A stretch of DNA of 64,000 bases from Neocallimastix sp. 'constans' (Eukaryota): NCBI GenBank assembly GCA_050613775.1, contig JBODTK010000012.1, positions 496,001 through 560,000 on the forward strand, in the 5' to 3' direction. Positions 57,802 to 64,000 of the stretch are shown here, piece after piece. The number at the start of each line of letters is the position of its first letter. Position 1 is the stretch's first letter. The notes beneath the pieces were generated by a model. The model saw nothing but the letters and a program-made list of their open reading frames with translations, was not told the origin of the DNA and made no database searches. A program made the translations under genes and the position numbers.

Positions 57802-58966
57802 TTATTCGTAAATTTTAGTATGTAAACCAAAAGACTCCAAGTAGGAATTCATGATATTAAAACTATTTGATATTGAAAGAGTGTTTGTTGATGTATCACA
57901 ACAAGTGTCTTTTGTACCTAATGAAAGACATACATTACAATATTTTATTTCCGTAAGGTCAATGTTATTTTTAAACATATCTTGTAGGATGGCATTAGCC
58001 TTATGAGCTATTAAGGCATCTTTTTCCATTTGTCCAATACGTAATCCACCATATTGTGATTTACCTTCCGTAGGCTGTTTACTTATTGCATTAACATTTC
58101 CGAGAATACGATAAAGCATTTTTTCTTCGACTTGATGCTGTAATGCTGTATAATAGCAAACTCCAACAAAGGCTTCTCCTATGAATTTATCGGTTATGGA
58201 ATCCACCATTTTTTTTCCATGATCGGAATACCACTATTAATGTAGTTGGCTTCAAAATTTTTGGTATCATTGCTCTCAATGGATGCATCGAAAAATGTTC
58301 CAAAACGTTGAGGATCCATCACCATCCATTTCCCAACAAACATTTCAATTAAATGACCTACTGTTATACGAGAAGAAAAGGCGTGTGGATTAACAATAAT
58401 ATATCAGGAATAATTCCAAACTCAGTGCGTGGGATTAATTGCTCTGACATAATAGATCCAATTATTCTCTTCTGTGCATATCTACTTGCAAATTTATTGC
58501 CTTGTTGCAGTTTATACAAATGACGAACTTCAACACAACAATAACAATTATCATCCTCGACGAAGGTGGTACAATGATCCACATAAACCGGTCTTCTAAA
58601 TATATTTTCGATATCGGTGACTTTATTTTTAGTAAAATTATATATACGGAAAAGTGGTTCATTACTATAAAACGAATTTCTAGCAATCAATGCATTTGGT
58701 TGAGATAATCCATTTTCATATTTTGAATTGATATTAATCAAGATTTCATCTTTGATGCTGTAGGAAATATATTGATAACGATATTTTATATTAGTAAACA
58801 TACCATTCTTAATACTAGTTGCATTGAACATTACACTGTCCTCTTGATTATTTCCAAATGCCATAATAGCGACGACAGCATTCTGTCCATTAAAATTAAA
58901 TCTATGGTAATTGTTGTTTTTCGTAATCAGGAGGGATTGATATGTTTTAATTTCAATTTTGGACAA
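57802..58966 (-). pseudogene. RPB2: DNA-directed RNA polymerase second-largest (beta/Rpb2-like) subunit, C-terminal half; divergent, frameshifted, probably viral origin
   Basis: Ordered motifs GQNAVVAIMAFGNNQEDSVMFN, GNKFASRYAQKRIIG, PRTEFGIIPDI/IVNPHAFSSRITVGHLIE, YYTALQHQVEEK, KQPTEGKSQYGGLRIGQMEKDALIAH, and CNVC-x8-CC zinc site. Frameshifts at ~58400 and ~58230; no introns. Confidence 0.88.
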
Positions 58967-60110
58967 CTCATTAATACGCTTTCTAAACTCTTCATTATCT
59001 AGATTAATCTTTTTCTCAAATTTTGAATAAGTTTCTCTCAGTTCATTATGATTCAGAGGTTCATTATCTTAATCGAAAGTACCACTGGACGATTCTATAT
59101 TTTTATTATGATGTTCGTATTCTGGTCCTTGGTATTATTTATTTTCATCATTTCTTTCTTCAACATTTTTACAAAATTTATTGCATAATCCATTATTCTC
59201 ATTATTGTTACTTGTATCGGTATCTATCTCATTCTTTAAATTTTCATTATCGTCAGCCTCCATATTCTTAAATAATTTCAAAATTATCTCCGAGTTAATA
59301 TTGATAGCCTCATTTCTACTCTTGGTCTGATTTATAAAAGACATCAAAGATTCAAAATGGAATAATCTTCTTCATAAGAATGGTTTCTGGAGAAGAATCT
59401 GGAATCATTATTTCTATATCTTCAGAAATGGAATGTTTTTCCCAATGACATTTTCTATAATAATTTGTTTAATTTCACACAATGAAAATTCCGGCTTCAA
59501 ATAATGAAGCACATACACTGACGAGATACTCTGCTTTTCGTGAGATTTAATTCCTTTAACAAGTAATAACTGGAAAAATAAGGTAAGGAAGAATAAATTC
59601 GAATGTCTAAAAGAACGTGTAGGAGCTAATAAAGTAATATCATTAGTAAATAGGTCACCATCACCACCAAAACACTTTTTTTTTTTTTTTTTTTTTTTTT
59701 TATTTTTTTACATTCAGTAATCACAATCACACTAGATTTCTTATATTTATCAATCAAATATGTCATTGATAAATGTATTACATAAAATTACGAGATAATG
59801 GACATTGAACTGCCACGATGTATTGGAAATTCTTTTGAAAGTTTAGACTATTAAAATATTTTCGTGAGCTTTCTAAGTAAGGTATAATTTCGTAATGAAC
59901 TGAAAGACATTTACCATGAATACCATTATACCAATATTACCAAAATTTGAAAAGTATGTTAATTAATTGGAACTGAATCATAAGCCTTTTTTTTAAGGTC
60001 AAGAAAAATAAAAAAAAAAAAAAGTAAATTAATCATTAAATTTTCTTCTTAGGAAAATTTTAACAAATGGAGGCTAGTAAACTAATGCATTTTCCTTTAT
60101 TTCTAAAACC

Positions 60111-60169
<59 letters not shown>

Positions 60170-60510
60170 AAAGAATTAAAAAGGAAAAGAGCAAAAAAGA
60201 AAAAATATAAAATAATACAGAAGTTATATTAAATATATATATATATATTTTTTAAATATAAAATAATAAATATATTAATAGATTAATGGATAAAATTATT
60301 TTTGAATGAAATAATTATTAATTCATTAGAAATAGAAATAAATATATAATAATATATTTTTTTTTTCAATTTCTTATACAAAAATAAAAGGGCAAAGTGG
60401 CACAGTCAGATGCGAGAAAATTAAATCTCATACTCTTAAAGTCATAAATTTGAAACTTTCAATTCGCATTAAATTGAATTATTTTTTAATTTTTAATTTA
60501 TATATTTTTT

Positions 60511-60548
<38 letters not shown>

Positions 60549-61095
60549 CTATAATTTTAATAACTTTTTATCAATAATTTTTTATTTTTAATAATAAAAA
60601 AAAAATTAATAATAATTAGTTAAGTGAGAGAGAGAGAGAACAAAAAAAAAAAATACGAATAATAATAATATATATATATATTTTTTATAAATGTAAATAA
60701 TTATTCTTAATATATATTTTTTATTGTATTTATTTACTTTATTTTATTTTATTTTTTTTCATTCAATCAGTACTTTTATTTATATTTCTGTTACTTATTT
60801 TATTTTATTTTATATTACTTTATTTTATTTTATTTTTTTATATTTTTTTTTTTTTTATTTAAAAAAAAAAAAAAATAATAATTTACAGTTGATAGAATTA
60901 CTTATTTTATTATATATTATATATTTTTCATTAGATTTTTTTTTTTTTTTATTAATTAATCATGCTTTTTGAATAATAAGGAAAAAAAATAATAATAAAA
61001 AAATTTGTAAAAAAAAATTCTCTATATTCAATAAATTAAAATAAATAAAAAAAAAAAAAAAAAGTCTAATACTATTTATTATATTTTCTTTTGCT

Positions 61096-61131
<36 letters not shown>

Positions 61132-61376
61132 TATTATTAAAAGATAAAATATATGAACACATATATTTAGAAGAATTTAAATATTTATATCCATTTTTTT
61201 TTATCTATTCTTTTTGTAATATATATTTTTTCTTTTATTTTCTTTTATTTTTTTTTTGCTAAACCATTGATTAAATTGATTTTCTATATTAATAAATATA
61301 ATTATATTTGATATTGATATAAACTATTATAATTCTGACATGGCTATCACTATTGTATTTATATCTTTAGTGATTA

Positions 61377-61407
<31 letters not shown>

Positions 61408-61431
61408 TTGTATATATAAATACATATATAT

Positions 61432-62849
61432 CTAATATAATTTTGTTCTCTTGGCCTGACGATAGATTCTGTGAAGTATGAGAAGGGTTATAACCACTAC
61501 AGCACAGGTTATAGTACATGCCATAACATTCTCAAAGGTAACCTTTGTTTCTAAACAATATAAATTATCTGAGTTGTCATCCTTAATACTTGCACAATTT
61601 CTAGTTATACAATCAGAATCTTTACTGCAACGTTCATAGAAGAAAAGTCGACAGCTAAATATATCTGTGGTATGTCCAAATTCATCGGTTCCATTGTTAG
61701 AACAGTAATGAATAGGATTATCATTATTAGCAATACATATCTTATTAACACAACTGCCGGAGAGACACTGTTCATTACTTGTACATTCACGAGTAGTACA
61801 GGATATTTTACCTATGGATGGACAAGTTTCAAAAATAACAGTTGGATTTTTTTCACAGGGTCTTAAGTATTGAGGTTGGGCATGTTTAATATAGGAATTG
61901 GCACAACCATCACTATGATAACAGTTGTTACTATTACAAAATATATTATCAAAAATACATATTCCATTATTTAATTCTCCTTCTTTTTTACCTTCTAATA
62001 ATTTACATGTTCCATAGTTGTAACAAAGTTTTTTTAAATCAGTTGGAGTTGCATTTTTTGGTATTGTACAAGATACTTTACTATTTTTTTTTATTATTAT
62101 TATTATTTTTTTTTTTTTATTTTTTGAAGTTATTTTGATATATGTAAATATTTTTGATGATTTATATATATTATAATTTTTTTTATATGAAATTAAATGT
62201 AATATTGTTTTATATATTTTAATATTATTATTATTATTATTATTATTATTTTTTAAAAAAAAAATATATATATATATATAAACATTTTATTTTTTAAAAA
62301 TTTATATTTTATTAAATCAGTAATACATTTTACATTGTTATTTATTGAATAAGTACATTAAAAATAAATAATGAATCATATAAAATATAATATAGAATAA
62401 ATAATGTTATTAATAATTATATTATTTATTATAGAATCAACATTGATATTATTGTATATATATACATTTATTATCATTTTTATTGTAAATTCTTACCTAA
62501 GATTTGATTCAATTGTTTTTGAATTTAAGGATAAAATATTAAATTGAGAATTATTATTTTCTTCTTTTACAATATTATTAGTATTCGTTTGGGTATCAGT
62601 ACTATTTGCTGTTTTATCTATCATTAAATTATCATTATTTACATTATTAATATTTTCATTGACATTATCGGTTATAACATTGGTACTAGAATCTTTATTC
62701 GTATTAATATCAGCATTAGAATTGTTATTAGTATTAAAATTAGAATCAGCATTTAAATCTTTTTCGGCACTAGTATTGATATTCGAATCTTTATTGACAT
62801 TTGTACTAGATTCCGTTGTTTTTTTTAATTCAGGATTTTGACTATCCAT
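61432..62849 (-). CDS. Cys-rich single-pass membrane protein (C-terminal TM); first exon assignment tentative
   Basis: Open exon 62080-61432, missed by the ORF track, encodes CTSNEQCLSGSCVNKIC and CSKDSDCITRNC knots, then TM VMACTITCAVVVITLLIL and a basic tail RQAKRTKLY*. Upstream exon 62849-62497 ends AG|GTAAG in a compatible phase. Confidence 0.72.
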
Positions 62850-63056
62850 TTTTACTTATATATATTTACTTATTTATTTATTTATTTATTTTAAGTTGTT
62901 TTTTTTTTTTTTTATCAAATTATTAATTGTTTTTATTATTATTTTTATTATTATATTTTATAAAAAATAAATATCTTTAAATAATTATAAATTATGATAA
63001 TTTTAAAATTATGGAATTACAATTAAAAAATAGTAATAATATATTTTAATTGTATT

Positions 63057-63098
<42 letters not shown>

Positions 63099-63724
63099 TT
63101 TTTTTCTAATATATTTATAAATACTCTATGGAAGAATTTCAATGATATATTATGTATATATTTTTTTTAAACTTTTTTTTTTTTTTAAAAGTTAAAAAAA
63201 ATTTTTTTTTTTAAACTTTTTTTTTTAAAGTAGAAAAAAAAAAATTTTTTTTTAATCTTTAATAAAACATATAAAATTAATGATGATGATAGAAATTATT
63301 TAAATATCTAATATTATTTATTTATTTATTTATATTTATATATATATTTATTTATATATTTATTTATATATTTATTTATTTAAAAAATTTTTTCTTTTGT
63401 GGCTGCTTTTCCATATTTTTTTTTTATCTTAAGTTTCATAATTTTTAATTTATTTTTAATATTTATTAATTTTAAATTTATATTAAAGAAAAAAACAAAA
63501 AAAACTTTAATATGGAATATCTGAATGTTCATTGGCTAATCTCAAAGATGACTTTGTTATAAACAAAAAGAAAATCTATGAAATCTTCATTATTTTTTTT
63601 TTTTCGGTTCAATTCAAAACCAAAATAAAAAATTGAATTTAAACTGAATAAAAAGCTGAATAAAACTTCTACATTTGAAAAAGAAAAAATAAAAAATATA
63701 AATCTATAATATGAATATATTATA

Positions 63725-63878
63725 TAAATTATAAATAAGTAAATAAAATATAAATAATTAAATAAAATATAAATAATTAAATAAAATATAAATAAGTAAA
63801 TAAAATATAAATAAGTAAATAAAATGTAAATAAGTAAACAAAATATAAATAAGTAAATAAAATATAAATAAGTAAAAT
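63725..63878. repeat. 19-bp minisatellite (AAATATAAATAAGTAAATA)n
   Basis: About 8 tandem copies with minor variants. Confidence 0.85.
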
Positions 63879-64000
63879 AAAGTCCATTATATAATAAAAT
63901 ATTATAAATAAATTAAAAAATTTTTATTGTTTTTTGTTTTATTAACTTAAATCTATATGTCAAATTATTATTAATATTATAATCATTACAATAAAAAACA

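Noticed and set aside
59648..59676. Minus-strand CFGGDGDLF as a remnant of the Rpb1 NADFDGD catalytic loop
   Set aside because: Only DGD matches and the flanking sequence shows no Rpb1 motifs.
60390..60470. GC-richer patch with a small hairpin as possible tRNA/ncRNA
   Set aside because: No cloverleaf or A/B box pattern could be built.

Overview
Extremely AT-rich eukaryotic DNA with spliceosomal GT-AG introns and long homopolymer and microsatellite tracts. Gene content (chitin synthase, a bacterial-type transglutaminase-like surface protein, a Cys-rich membrane protein) fits an anaerobic gut fungus (Neocallimastigomycota); this taxon call is inference. The first ~14 kb is a nested transposon graveyard: two decayed Ty3/gypsy elements, each keeping an intact -1 ribosomal frameshift signal; a 380-bp Mutator-type MITE with a 9-bp TSD; two MULE transposase relics; and a ~4.3-kb foldback built from mirror-image composite satellites. 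The 15-43 kb region holds host genes: chitin synthase, a catalytically altered transglutaminase-like protein, a 7-exon PP2C (PTC1-like), a 4-exon unknown, a 5-exon SPC2 and a 1383-aa coiled-coil protein. The 43-58 kb region holds LINE relics, including a poly(A)-tailed, TSD-flanked 3' insertion that was later tandemly duplicated. At 57.8-59.0 kb is a frameshifted, intronless, highly divergent and compact RNA polymerase second-largest-subunit fragment. It looks like an endogenised large-DNA-virus (or plasmid) gene rather than a host RPB2/RPA2/RPC2 and is the most interesting candidate. All calls were made by eye without database searches.
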